Assembly (NCBI RefSeq): GCF_963921235.1
Contig: NC_086108.1
Location: 20,460,001-20,524,000, forward strand
Length of the DNA stretch: 64,000 bases
Reading direction: 5' to 3'
Source: Mobula hypostoma
Lineage: Eukaryota
The position numbers were made by a program, and so were the translations under genes. Positions 24,865 through 36,826 of this stretch are shown piece by piece. Under the pieces are notes generated by a model. The model was not told where the DNA came from, made no database searches, and saw only the letters and a program-made list of their open reading frames with translations. Each line of letters opens with the position of its first letter. Position 1 is the stretch's first letter.

Positions 24865-25361
24865 TTAATCACATGTACAGTTGAATATTTATTTTGTGCA
24901 ATATTCAGCAAAATGCTTTGCAGGAAAGCACTGTGCAGTGCTGAGCAGTATTAAGACCATTAAGATTCTTTAATGATGATTGCTCCAGCCTGTCAATTAA
25001 CAGCTCAGGGCACATTGTCCATGAGGAAAGGTGCAGCCGAGTTCAATCCATTGATCTTTGTTTTCTTCTTCAGACTGGATAAAAGGTGTTAAAAGCTGCC
25101 AAACATTGTTGGGTGATCACAACTTCACCATTGTATGTTCTTTATCAAACCAGTATGAACTGTTCTGTACAATTTCAGAAGATTGTTGTTAACTATTTCC
25201 TCTCAGTTAATGTAGCATGAGAAATAACTGATGGGCTATCTGGACAACTGCTTCCTTTGTTTAGCATGCAACTTCAATTTACTCTTCCTCAATGGTGAGT
25301 AGTACTCCATCTGGTACATCCTTTCCAAATTCAATATCTACGGTAAACCAGTGAACATTGT

Positions 25362-25900
25362 AACACATACACAAAATGCTGGCAGAACTCAGCAGTATCT
25401 ATGGAAATGAATAGATAGTTCAAGTTTTGGGCCAAGCCCCTTCTTTAGGGCTGGAAAGGAAGGGGGAAGATGCCAGAATAAGAAGGTGGGGCAGGGATGG
25501 GGAAGGAGGCTAGCAAGAAGGTGATAGGTGATGCCGGGTGGGTGGGAAGGTCAAGGGCTGGAAAAGAAGGACTCTGATAGCAAAGGAGAGTGGGTCATAA
25601 GAGAAAGGGAAGGAGGAGGGGACCCAGGGAGAAATAATAGGCAGGTGAGAAGAGGTAAAAGGTCAGAGAGGGGAATAGAGGAAGGGGAGGATGGGGGAGG
25701 CAATTTGTTTACCAGAGGGAGAAATTGATATTCATGCCATCGGGTTAGAGGCCATCCAGATGGAATACAAGGTGTTGCTCCCCACCCTGAGGGTGGCCTC
25801 ATGTTGGCACAGGAGGAGGCCGGGGACCGATGATTCGGAACAGGAATGGGGATCGGAATTAATATATTTGGCCACCGGGAAGTTCAGTTGTTGGAGATGG
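25362..25900 (-). mobile_element. Penelope-like element 3' part (GIY-YIG C-terminus and terminal repeat), degraded
   Basis: Similar to 40130-40680 and 51038-51616. A degenerate hammerhead region lies at about 25415-25452. Confidence 0.8.
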
Positions 25901-25904
25901 TGTG

Positions 25905-26238
25905 GAGACCACAGTTTGTGCGGCTTCAGAGTTGTGTGTCAGACAGGGCTATAAGCAGCACTGGGGCCCCACAGGGGACTGTATTGGCTCCATTCCTGTT
26001 TACGTTGTGTACCTCAGACTTTAGATACAACACTGAGTCATGTCACCTGCAGGAATTCTCTATTGACTCAGCGGTGGTTGGGTGTACAAAGGGAGGACAG
26101 GAGGATGAACACAGGACCCTTGTGCAGGACTTTGTCGAATGGTGCAAGCTGACTCCTTGGCAGCTCAACACCGGTGAGACAAAAGAGATGGTGATGGACT
26201 TTAGGAAGACCGAGCCTGCGCTGCTCCCAGTTATGTAA
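25905..26238 (+). mobile_element. Rex-type RT fragment
   Basis: SSTGAPQGTVLAPFLFTL...SCHLQEFSIDS...TKEMVMDFR, homologous to 15060-15390. Confidence 0.85.
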
Positions 26239-26877
26239 TTCAAAGGAAGCACTGCAGATACATTGTAATTATAGAAATGTCCTGCTGTCAGCTTTGATCT
26301 TTAGTATATAAAAATGTCGTGTAATATTGGGTTAAGAGACCTCTTCCTCCAAGAGTGTCTTATTTTATTGAATAAAACACTTCCGTATCCATTAGCTTCA
26401 GTGTCTGTCTGGTAACATGGTTCTGTTACAACAGGGCAATAAGATCTCCTTTGTACTTATGGAACTGTCGCTCATTCTTTGTACAACTTTAATTCAACAG
26501 CCCAAACAGTTCTTTTAGATTTGTTTCAGGTACTGAAGTATTTTGCTCCAATTGAAATTCTTATTAGATCAAGTGGGTTGTCTTTAGTATTTAGAATCTT
26601 CCAAAAAAGAAGTTTGACATCAACATCTAAATAATTATAAAACTTTCATGGTGACATGTACCTGTATTTAGATTTTTACTTTATAAAGCTAGCAGAAACT
26701 GGAATTATAGATTCCTTTAAAAACTCCTTCACTTGCTTGGCTTCTGGTCTGCAAATCTCAGAAATGTGTTTCTTCTTCAAACTCTTAACAAAATTAGTTT
26801 AAACCAGCAATTATTTCCACTTCTCTGTTGTTCACCTCTTTAACATGAGGACCTTACATTTTAAAACTACAGTCTGG

Positions 26878-27917
26878 CAGGTGTGTGCTTAGCCCACTGT
26901 TCTACTCTCTATATACACATGACTATGTGGCTAGGCATAGCCCAAATACCATCTATAAATTTGCTGATGATACAACCATTGTTGGTAGAATCTCAGGTAG
27001 TGACAAGAGGGCGTACAGGAGTGAGATAAGCCAACTAGTGGAATGGTGCCGCAGCAACAACCTGCCACTCAACGTCAGTAAGACAAAAGAGCTGATTGTG
27101 GACTTCAGGAAGGGTAAGATGAAGGAATACATACCAATCCTCATAGAGGGATCAGAAGTGGAGACAGTGAGCAGTTTCAAGTTCCTGGGTGTCAAGATCT
27201 CTGAGGATCTAACCTGGTCCTAAAATATCGATGTAGTTATAAAGAAGGCAAGACAGCGGCTATACTTTATTAGGAGTTTGAAGAGATTTGGCATGTCAAC
27301 AAATACACTCAAAAACTTCTTTTGTTGTTTGTCCATCGTCGTCATCGATGAAGACCTCGACATCATTATGATGATGATGGTGTCGAGACTAGCGCATGAT
27401 TTGGATTTAAGTGAGGGAGAGTTGAGTAGCATCAGCCTCACTCTCTCTTCCTAATTCTCATCTGGATCCAGTGGCAAGACAAGAGTCAAGATGACTAGAG
27501 ATGGGACTAGGCGTAGTGGATGACCAGGATGTCTTCTGTGTCTTGTCCGGACCAGGGCATGCCCTTTTCTCACTGTTACCATCAGGTAGGAGGTACAGAA
27601 ACCTGAAGGCACACACTCAGTGATTCAGGAACGGCTTTTCCCCTCTGCCATCTGATTCCTAAATGGACATTGAATCTTTGGACACTACTTCACTTTTTTT
27701 ATAATATAGAGTATTTCTGTTTTTACAAGTTTTATTTAATCTATTCAATATACGTAATTGTTTTACTTGTTTATTTATTATTATTAGTTTTATGTTATTT
27801 ATTATTATTCTTTTTTCTCTCTTCTATATTATGCATTGCATTGAACTGCTGCTGCTAAATTAACAAATTTCACGTAACAGGCTGGTGATAATAAAGCATT
27901 CTGATTCTGACTTCTGA
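26878..27917 (+). mobile_element. Rex/Babar-type LINE 3' part, interrupted
   Basis: ORF 26885-27223 (KFADDT, LNVSKTKELIVDFR), aataaa and a (ttctga)n tail. Confidence 0.88.
27321..27549 (-). mobile_element. 5'-truncated copy of the RTE-derived non-autonomous element
   Basis: Reverse complement of about 47850-48072, including the (CAA)n-like tail. Confidence 0.85.
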
Positions 27918-28231
27918 TCATACCATCAGAAAACATTGAAACAAATGTTTAAACAGGTAAAGTTATATTTAATTTAAATTTATTATGTTTAATATCTGTA
28001 CATCCTATATGAAAATGATTTTTACCCAAAAAGCATCTAATCAGCATTAAAGATGATTACAAAGATGTAATTATCACGAGTCTTAAGGCAATGTGGTTCT
28101 AAAATATAGCCAGATAAAACTGCAAATGAAAACCTAGGTACAATCTTCTGGCAACTATGGGTCCCAGTATTTTTTTCCTGAATTTCAATGTAAGTCTGTT
28201 TGAATTTATTTACTGTTTTTTTTCCCCCAAG

Positions 28232-28270
28232 AACTGCTGGTGGCCAGCGTCACACCACCCACATGCAGAG
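28232..28270 (+). CDS. Candidate small internal exon (39 nt with GT donor, or 49 nt to 28280 with GC donor)
   Basis: Long T/C tract ending cccccaAG at 28231. Donors are GAG|gtgaat at 28271 or CAG|gcaagt at 28281. The 39-nt form is stop-free in all three frames. Confidence 0.4.
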
Positions 28271-28358
28271 GTGAATTCAGGCAAGTAAATTGGGAAATCT
28301 AACTCTCCCTTCAAGTGATATTTATTGATGACTAATGATTTTTGTGCCCTTTATACAG

Positions 28359-28373
28359 TGTCCCACCAGGCCA
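28359..28373 (+). CDS. Candidate 15-nt microexon TGTCCCACCAGGCCA
   Basis: Branch-point-like tgactaat at about 28329-28336, tract tttttgTGCcctttatacAG and consensus donor gtaagt at 28374. Frame-preserving. Confidence 0.5.
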
Positions 28374-29879
28374 GTAAGTTATGGCATTGTAAACAAACTT
28401 GGTTTTTGGTAAGGAATTGGATTACAGCTTTTCAATATTTGCATTTTAACTTCATTTCATAATGGTTAGAGAATTTCAGTTTGAATTGTATGACTTGAAT
28501 TAAAGTTGCTTCACCTTAAGAACATGCTTAAGATATAGTCAACTTTTACTGTTTAATATCAGACATAGTCATCTGTCTGACCCCTAAATTACTGTTGTAT
28601 TCTTGGACGTAATACTGCATCCTTCATATGTTATATTCTGGGTAATAATCTGCAGCGTAGTCATGTTTCCACATGCTCCAAGTTTTGTTGTATAACTTTG
28701 CCTCAAGAAAGTCAACTAACAAAAATACAATCAATACACTCTGAATTAAAGAGCATTTTGCTCAATTTTCCCTTTTGGGTATTTAAAACATTCCATAGAA
28801 AGTAGAGGGACGTTGATTTGCCAAAGCTATTTGGCACCTCATACAGTCCAGACAACCACATGGCCAGTATGGCAAGTAACAAGACAGCTGGGATTGCTTT
28901 ATGGAAACACACTAGGGTATAAATTATTGTCTTCACGAGAGAAAAAATGGAAAATTAAAGAAAAAGTTGTACCTGTTGTTGAAAAGCTGACACTTATTTT
29001 GTAGAACAGATTGGTTTTATTTAAGAATTGGCCCATATTTCATTACAATTAGACAGAAAATAGGTACTTTTAAATGAGATTTCTCATTATTGAAACAGCT
29101 CAAATACAAAAAAGCTCCCGAGATGACACTAATAAAAGCTGAGATAATTATAAATGGACCTATACATGTAAAAGCAATAGAGAAAAAAAAAGATGGACTG
29201 TACAAACCTGGTACCCACAAGTGCCTCAATAGAGCTCGTGGGCAGCATTTACTGGTATTTCAAAAAACATCCGAAAACATTCCCAGATTCTGAACAGATG
29301 TGGTACAAGAGAGTCTTTCTATTTTTCACCTTCTGAGGCTTTCTTGCCACTAAAGAGCTTGGCTCATATATTAGACTCGACATAGGTGGTACCACTGAAG
29401 CATTTGAAAAGACCCAGTTGTACTAATTCCCTGAGTAAATGTAGGTCAAAAAATTCCTGGCCCAATCCTTTCTTTATCCTTGGTTTGGCAAAAGGAATAT
29501 CAATTTGAACTGAGAATAAGCTCCTTCAACATCTAGTTTGGATTTTCATCAGTTCTTTCCCCAACGTCTCAAATATTTAATTGAATATTAATGTTAAATC
29601 ATATGACATTAAGAAAAACATAGTTAACAACTTCATTCAATTGACATCCCAAAATTGTCTGAAATAAAAGCAGAAAATGTTGGGGAACTCAGCAGGCCAG
29701 GATGCATCTGTGAAGGGAAACAGAGTTGGACACATTGGCCAAGGTTTCTGCTTTTACTTCAGATAATTATAACATGATTTGAGTGAAGTTGAAAAAATAT
29801 ATTTTTAGCATTACAGTCCAAGATGAAGGGTTGTCCATTCTGAAACATTAATTCTGTTTCTGCCCAGGTACCAAAAAAT

Positions 29880-30460
29880 GAATAAAGATAAGACTTTCCT
29901 AGTTATATGAGGTATTGTTAATTCTGCCATGAAGTATTTTGAGTGAGACCATTGTTGAGCATGGGGAATAGTTAACACTGAAGAGGACTGCAACAGTATA
30001 AAGGATAATATCAATTAGCCTGCAGAATGGGCAAATAATTTGTAAACGCAATAGAAGGTTGTATTAGTTTGGTTAGAAGAACAGAGAAATAGTATGTTAC
30101 TTGGAAGGTTTGAGACGCAACAGGATAGAGGAACAAAGAAATCTTGGAATAGTAATAGATCATTAAAAGTTGTGATAGAGTTAATAAAACATGAGTTTAT
30201 TTCAGGGAAGCTGAAGTGAAATCTACATGCTTTCAGATTGCCAAAACTGAAAATAAAATAAAGTCACTGGAAAGGGTACAAAGAAGTTACGCAAAGATGA
30301 CATTCAGATGGTGAGGATTTAGAAATATCAGGAAAGGATGATCAGATTGAGTCTCTTTTCTCATGAATTTTTAAAGCTAAAGGGAAATCTAAAACAGGAC
30401 TCTAAAATTATGAAATTGGGTAGAGTAACTGCGGAGAGAAGAACATAGAGGTCACAGTGA
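29880..30460 (+). mobile_element. Very degraded CR1 RT C-terminal fragment
   Basis: Residual motifs such as ttaacactgaagaggactgcaacag, gcagaatgggcaaataa and ctggaaagggtacaaagaag. Confidence 0.5.
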
Positions 30461-30519
30461 CACATTATCAGAGAGAGTGGGTGAAATGAGTAGAACATTA
30501 TAGCACTGTACTGACCCTT

Positions 30520-31458
30520 TTTTTGGAATTTTTTTTATTGAATTTCATCATCAAACAAACATTTCCATAAGCTGTATTTCAGATACTGTACATATATATC
30601 ATATAATCATATTTGTCACAAATCTCCACATAATATTTATCTGAGGTATACGATACACTTATAGGAAGGAGAGGAAAGAAAGAACAATCGAAAGAAGAAA
30701 ACTATGTACAGAGGAGGGAGCGATCTTTTTTTTACAACATATTCATTGACGTGAGAATAAAATCAGGCCTATGAGGTGTTATGTAGTTAAACCATTTTTT
30801 CCAGTATGAATAAAATTGTTCCAACTTATAATTAACAGATGCTGTTATCTTCTCCATTTTATAAATGTCCATTGTAATTTCCATCCATACATTTAAAGTT
30901 GGGCTCTCCTGTGATAACCATTTCCTGGTAAGGGACTTTTTACCAGCCACCAGCAGTACATTCATTAAATATTTATCTCTTTTTAACCATTCTTGAGGTA
31001 TATACCCAAAATATATGGTCTTACTCTCTAAGGGTATTTCACATTTAAAGATGTCTTGTAGGGCATTATGTATCCCACTCCAATAGTCTTTGATAACAGG
31101 GCATTCCCAGAAAATATGATAACGGTTTGCATTTTGATTTCCACAATTTCTCCAGAAAACAGGGGGGTTACTATTATAATGGGATTTCTGAGAGGGTGTA
31201 ATAAAATATCTTATTAAGGTTTTCCACCTGAACTCCCTCCATTTCTGTGAACTGGTACACTTCCATTGATACCTCCATATTATTGTCCAGACTTCCTCAG
31301 ATATTATTATCCCTCCTTCCTTCTCCCATTTTGTTTTAATGTATGAAGTCGAATGTGTCTTAAGATTTGACAAACCCTTATACACACTTGAGATGATTCT
31401 ACGACTGTTGTCTGAATGATATGCTTTTGTACAGATCCTCTTGCCTACTCTAAGATCG
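30520..31458 (-). mobile_element. L1-clade LINE 3' end (ORF2 Cys-rich C-terminus), inserted in a CR1 tail
   Basis: ORF 30732-31463 has WRNCGNQNANRYHIFWECP (CCHC-like) and KTKWEKE. On the minus strand it ends in aataaa and poly(A) at about 30520-30540. CR1-tail sequence flanks it (30490-30519 and 31460-31650). Confidence 0.88.
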
Positions 31459-31654
31459 ATCAATCCCTCCTATATAGCACTCTATTTTTCTATCACCCAG
31501 ATGCTTATGTAAGAGTTTCTTAAATGCCCCTAATGTATCTGCCTCTGCCTCTACCACTACCACTACCCCTGCGGGGCACTCTGTGTAAAAATTACCTCTG
31601 ACATCCCCCTGAACTTTCTTCCAATTGTTTTAAAATTATGCCCCCCGCTTTCTA

Positions 31655-32185
31655 TATCGGAATCTGGGGTCACTTTATTGCCAGTATGTGAAACACGCCA
31701 GAATTGATTGAGGTTCAGTGCCAATTATAAAACACAGGACAATACCATAACAGGCAACACAACAGCAACCATCAATTTACAAAACAATAGTGCAAACAGC
31801 AATGAGCAATTAACAATTAGTACAAATGTCAATAATCAAACCTAAACAAATTGTGAACACATGAACAGAGTAAACCATTATCAACAGACAAGGAGAGCAG
31901 GAAAGGCCATTTAACAGATGTTGTACAGGGACATTTTGGGTATTACACCCAAGTGGGTTTTGTTGAGAAGCTGGAGAGCAACAGGAAAGAAGCTTTGGAG
32001 ATTACGTGTAGTCTTGGTGGTGATGGAGTCTCCCTGGTAGCAATTTGGTGAGGAGGTGACTTGTAGGGTGGGTGGAGTCATCAATAATTTTTCCAGCACT
32101 TTTCTTCATTCTGGAAATGAACAGGTCGCTTAATATTGGAACCTGACAGCCTATGATCTTCTCCACTGAGTGGACCAGTATGGGC
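31655..32185 (-). mobile_element. Rex-type LINE 3' end, degraded
   Basis: VEKIIGCQVP..KIIDDSTHP and SFFPVALQLLN (DUF1891-like C-terminus). Confidence 0.7.
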
Positions 32186-32189
32186 ATTC

Positions 32190-32526
32190 TCCTCTGACCT
32201 CTCTCATTAACAAGGTGTTTTCACCCACAAAACTGCTGCTCACTGGATTTTTTCTTATTTTCACACCATTCTTTGTAAATTCTAGACTATTTTAGACTGT
32301 TATATGTGAAAATCCCAGATCAACAGTTTCTGAGATGCTCAAACTGTCCCATCTGGCCTCAACAATCATTCCACAGTCAAAGTAACTGGTTGGGCTGATC
32401 AACAACTGAACCTCTTGACCATGTCTGCATGCTTTTATGCATTGAGTTGCTGCCACATGATTGGCTGATTAGCTATTTGCATTAATGAGGAGTACAGGTG
32501 TGCCCAATAAAGTGGCATTGAGTGCA
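32190..32526. mobile_element. Tc1/mariner-type non-autonomous fragment (one end)
   Basis: Ends acaggtgtgcccaataaagtggcattgagtg, resembling a Tc1-like TIR. No matching left TIR was found. Confidence 0.55.
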
Positions 32527-32667
32527 TATCAAGATAAAGATGGAGTTCAAGTTCTGATTTAGTTTGTTCCTAACAAATAAAAGAAAAAACAAAACAATAG
32601 AAACAAAAGAGCTGCAGAATCTGTAAATCCATGCACAAAGAATGCTCAAGCACTCACCAGATAAAGT

Positions 32668-33320
32668 ATACTTTATACTTTATTGTCGCCAAACAATTGG
32701 TACTAGAACATACAATCATCACAGAGATATTTGATTCTGCGCTTCACACTCCCTGGATTACAAATATTAAATATTAAAAATATTAAAAATAGTTAAAATT
32801 AGTAAATATTAAAAAATATATAAATCATAAATAGAAAATAGAAAAATGGGAAGTAAGGTAGTGCAAAAAAACTGAGAGGCAGGTCCAGATATATGGGGAG
32901 TATGGCCCAGATCCGGGTCAGGATCGGTTCAGCAGTCTTATCACAGTTGGAAAGAAGCTGTTCCCAAATCTGGCTGTACGAGTCTTCAAGCTCCTGAGCC
33001 TTCTCCCGGAGGGAAGAGGGACGAAAAGTGTGTTGGCTGGGTGGGTCGTGTCCTTGATTATCCTGGCAGCACTGCTCCGACAGCGTGCGGTGTAAAGTGA
33101 GTCCAAGGACAGAAGATTCGTTTGTGTGATGTGCTGCACCGTGTTCACGATTTTCTGCAGCTTCTTCCGGTCTTGGACAGGACAACTTCCATACCAGGTT
33201 GTGATGCACCCTAGAAGAATGCTTTCTACGGTGCATCTATAAAACTGAGTGAGGGTTTTAGGGGACAGGTCAAATTTCTTTAGTTTTCTCAGGAAGTAAA
33301 GGCGCTGATGGGCCTTCTTG
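32668..33320 (-). mobile_element. Rex/Babar LINE 3' end, fairly young
   Basis: ORF 32918-33148 has IIKDTTHPANTLFVPLPSGRR...FGNSFFPTVIRLLN, and a (tataaag)n tail. Confidence 0.88.
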
Positions 33321-33619
33321 AGTAGTATCCTTGAGTGAAAATCTGAGTTGATATTCAGGTCAAGGGCCCTTCATAACATGATGTTCATTAGTTGAAAGGG
33401 CCTTGAATGGAATCATCAACTTTTTTCTCTCCCTACTGATGTTACCTTTATTTCCCAGTTCTAGTAGATTCTGTTTTTCGTATAAAATGGAATAAAATGC
33501 ACTTAAGTGCTCAACATCCTGTTAATTTCATGCAGTAACTGATTTCAACTGGAGTTACTGTATATTTGTGACTAATTTTCTTCTCGTCAATATTCCTAGA
33601 TGCTATGGAAAAAAATGGC

Positions 33620-36600
33620 ACAGACAATTGGAGTATTGTGTGCAGTTTCGGTCAACTTTTTACAGGAAAGATGTAAATAAGTTTGAAAGTCTAGTGATCA
33701 CAATGCCATTAGTCTCAAAGTAAGTATGCAAAAAAGGTAAGTCTGATCCTCGGGTTGAGATTCTAAGTTGGAGAAAGGTCAATTCTGATCGTATCAGAGA
33801 CCACCTGGCAAGTGTGGACAGGTTGTTTTCTAGCAAAGGTGTACTTGGTAAGTGGCAGGCCTTCAAAAGTGAAAATCTGGGAGTACAAAGATTATATGTG
33901 CCTGTCAGAATGAAAGGTCAAGATACCAGGTATAAGAAACCTTTGGTTTTCAAGAGATATTGAGGCTCTGGTTAAATAAAAAAAAGCAAGTGTACTGCAG
34001 GTACAGGCAGACAGGAACAAATGGGATGCTTAAGAAATGCAAGAAACACTTACAGAAAACAAGAGGGCTAAATGAAGGCATGAGGTTGCCCTGGCAAACA
34101 AGGTGAAGGAGAATCCTAGGGGATTCTACAGATATATTAAAAGCAAAAGGATTGTAAGCAACATAATTGGCCCTCTGGAAGATCAGAACAGTAATCCATG
34201 TGTGGAGCCAAAAGAGATGGGTGAGATCTCAAATAGAAACATAGAAATATAGAAACCATAAAGCGGTGAACATGTCCCTACCTTAGAACTACCGAGGCTT
34301 TACCCATAGCCCTCTATTTTCCTAAGCCCCAGGTAGCCATCCAGGAGTCTCGCTTCCGCCTCCACCAACGCCACCAGCAACACTCACCACTCGCTGCGTA
34401 AAAAACTTACCCCTGACATCTCCTCTGTACCTGCTTCCAAGCACCTTAAAACTGTGCCCTCTCATGCTAGCCATTTCAGCCCTGGGAAAAAGCCTCTGAC
34501 TATCCACACGATCAATGCCTCTCATTAATTATACACCTCTATCAGGTCACCGCTCATCCTCCGTCGCTCCAAGGAGAAAAGGCCAAGTTCACTCAACCTA
34601 TGCTCCCCAATCCAGGCAACATCCTTGTAAATCTCCTCTGAACCCTTTCAATGGTTTCCACATCGTTCCTGTAGTGAGGCGACCAGAATTGAGAACAGTA
34701 CTCCAAGTGGGGTCTAACCAGGGTTCTATATAGCTGCAACATTACCTCTCGGCTCCTAAACTCAATCCCACAATTGATAAAGGCCAATGCACCGTATACC
34801 TTCTTAACCACAGAGTCAACCTGCGTAGCGGCTTTGAGTGTCCTATGGACTCGAATCCCAAGATTCCTCTGATCCTCCACACTGCCAAGAGTCTTACCAT
34901 TAATACTATATTCTGCCATCATATTTGACCTACCAAAATGAACCACCTCACACTTATCTGGGTGAACTCCATCTGCCACTTCTCAGCCCAGTTCTTTTGT
35001 ATTTTTTGCATCTGTATTTACTCAGGAGGCAGACACAGGGTCTATAGAAGTGAGGAAAAAGAGGAATCAACTTCATGGACCATATACAGATTACAGAGGA
35101 GGTGTTTGCTGTCCTGATAAATCCCTAGGTCCTGACAAGGTGTTCCCTTGGAGCCTGCAGGAGGCAGGTACAGAAATGGCTGGGGCAACAGCAGAGATTT
35201 TTAAATCATCTTTAGGAACAGGCGAGGTACCAGAGGATTGGAGGATTGCCAATGTTGTTGCGCTGTTAAGAAAGATCTAAAAATAAACCAGGAAATTATA
35301 GGCCGGTGTGCCTGACATCAACAGTGGGAAAGTCATTGGAAGGTATTGTAAGGGACCAGATATATGAGTATTTGTGTAGACATGGACTGATTAAGGATAG
35401 TCAGCATGACTTTGTGTGTGGTAGGTCATGTCTAACCAATCTTATAGAGGCTTTTTGAGGAAGTTACCAAGAAAATTGATGAAGGCAAGGCAGTGGATGT
35501 TCTCTACATAGACTTCAGCAAGGCATTTGACAAGGTCCTAGAAGGGAGATTGGTCAAGAAGGTTCAGTCGCTCGGCATTCAAGGTGAGGTAGCAAATTGG
35601 ATTAGACACTGGCTTTGGGGGAGAAGCCAGAGAGTGATAATAAATAATTACCTCTCTGACTAGAGGTCTGTGACTAGTGGTGTCCTGCAGGGATCAGTGC
35701 TGGGTCTGTTGTTGTTTGTCATCTATATCAAAGACCTGGATAATAATAATGCAGTTAACTAGATCAGCAAATTTGCGGATGACACCAAGATTGGGAGTAT
35801 AGTGGACAGTGAGGAAGGCTATCATGGCTTGAAGCAGGATCTAGACTAGCTGAAAAATGGGCTGAAAATTGGCAGATAGAACTTAATGCTGACAAATGCG
35901 AGGTGTTGCACTTCAGTAGGACCAAACAGGGAAGGTCTTACACAGTGAATGGTAGAGGAGCGCAGTAGAACAAAGGGTTCTGAGAATACAGGTCCAAATT
36001 TCATTGAAAGTGGTGTCACAGGTAGAAAGGGCCTTAAAGAAAGCTTTTGGCACACTGGCCTTCATAAATCAAAGTACTGAGTACAGGAAATGGGATTTTA
36101 TGTTGAAGTTGTATAAGACACTACAATTGAATCTGGAATATAGTGTGCAGTTTTGGTCACCTAACTACAAGAAAGATATAACTAGGTTTGAAAGAGTACA
36201 GAGTCTGGAGGACCTGAGTTACAAGGAAAGTTTAAATAGGTTAGGACTTAATTTCTTGGAACGTAGAAGACTGAGGGGAGATTTGATAGAGATATATAAA
36301 ATTATGAGGTGTACAGATAGGGTAAATGCAAGCAGGCTTTTCCCACTGAGATTAGGTGGGACTACAACTAGAGGTCATGGGTTAAGGGTGAAGGGTGAAA
36401 ACTTTAAGGGGAACATGAGGAGAAGCTTCTTCACTTAGAAAGTTGTGAGAATGTGGAATGAGCTTCCTGCAAAAGTGGTGCATGTGAGCTCAATTTCATT
36501 GTTTAAGAGAAGTTTGGATAGGTACATGGATGGGACATGTACCGAGCTATAGTCCTGGTGCAGATCAAAGGGCATAGGCAGTTTAAATGTTTCAGCATGG

Positions 36601-36650
36601 ACTAGATGGGTTGAAGGGCCTGTATCTGTGCTGTACTTTTTTATGACTCT
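33620..36650 (+). mobile_element. CR1 LINE (family C), degraded, interrupted by an antisense CR1
   Basis: KSLGPDKVFP, NYRPV, DFSKAFD and FADD segments, ORF 36004-36438, and a CR1 3' UTR at about 36600-36650. Confidence 0.88.
34233..34995 (-). mobile_element. CR1 family B 3' fragment nested in family C
   Basis: ORFs 34322-34525 and 34593-34979 match 17839-18129 and 20916-21565. A (tagaaaca)-type tail lies at 34233. Confidence 0.92.
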
Positions 36651-36788
36651 ACGTCATTGATAACTACAAAAGCAGAGTTATCCATAATAACACAAACACA
36701 AGGAAATCTGCAGATGCTGGAAATTCAAGCAACACACACAAAATGCTGGTGAACGCAGCAGGCCAGGCAGCATCTATAGGAAGAAGTA

Positions 36789-36826
36789 CAGTCGACGTTT
36801 CGGGCTGAGACCCTTCGTCAGGACTG
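36789..36826 (-). ncRNA. Minimal type I hammerhead ribozyme motif (best-preserved copy)
   Basis: Minus strand reads CAGUC-CUGACGA-A-GGGU(CUCA)GCCC-GAAA-C-GUC-GACUG: perfect 5-bp helix I, 4-bp helix II and palindromic ACGU helix III. Confidence 0.82.

Noticed and set aside
28700..29600. Several 60-75 aa ORFs
   Set aside because: Short and without motifs. Parts look like extremely decayed minus-strand LINE sequence.
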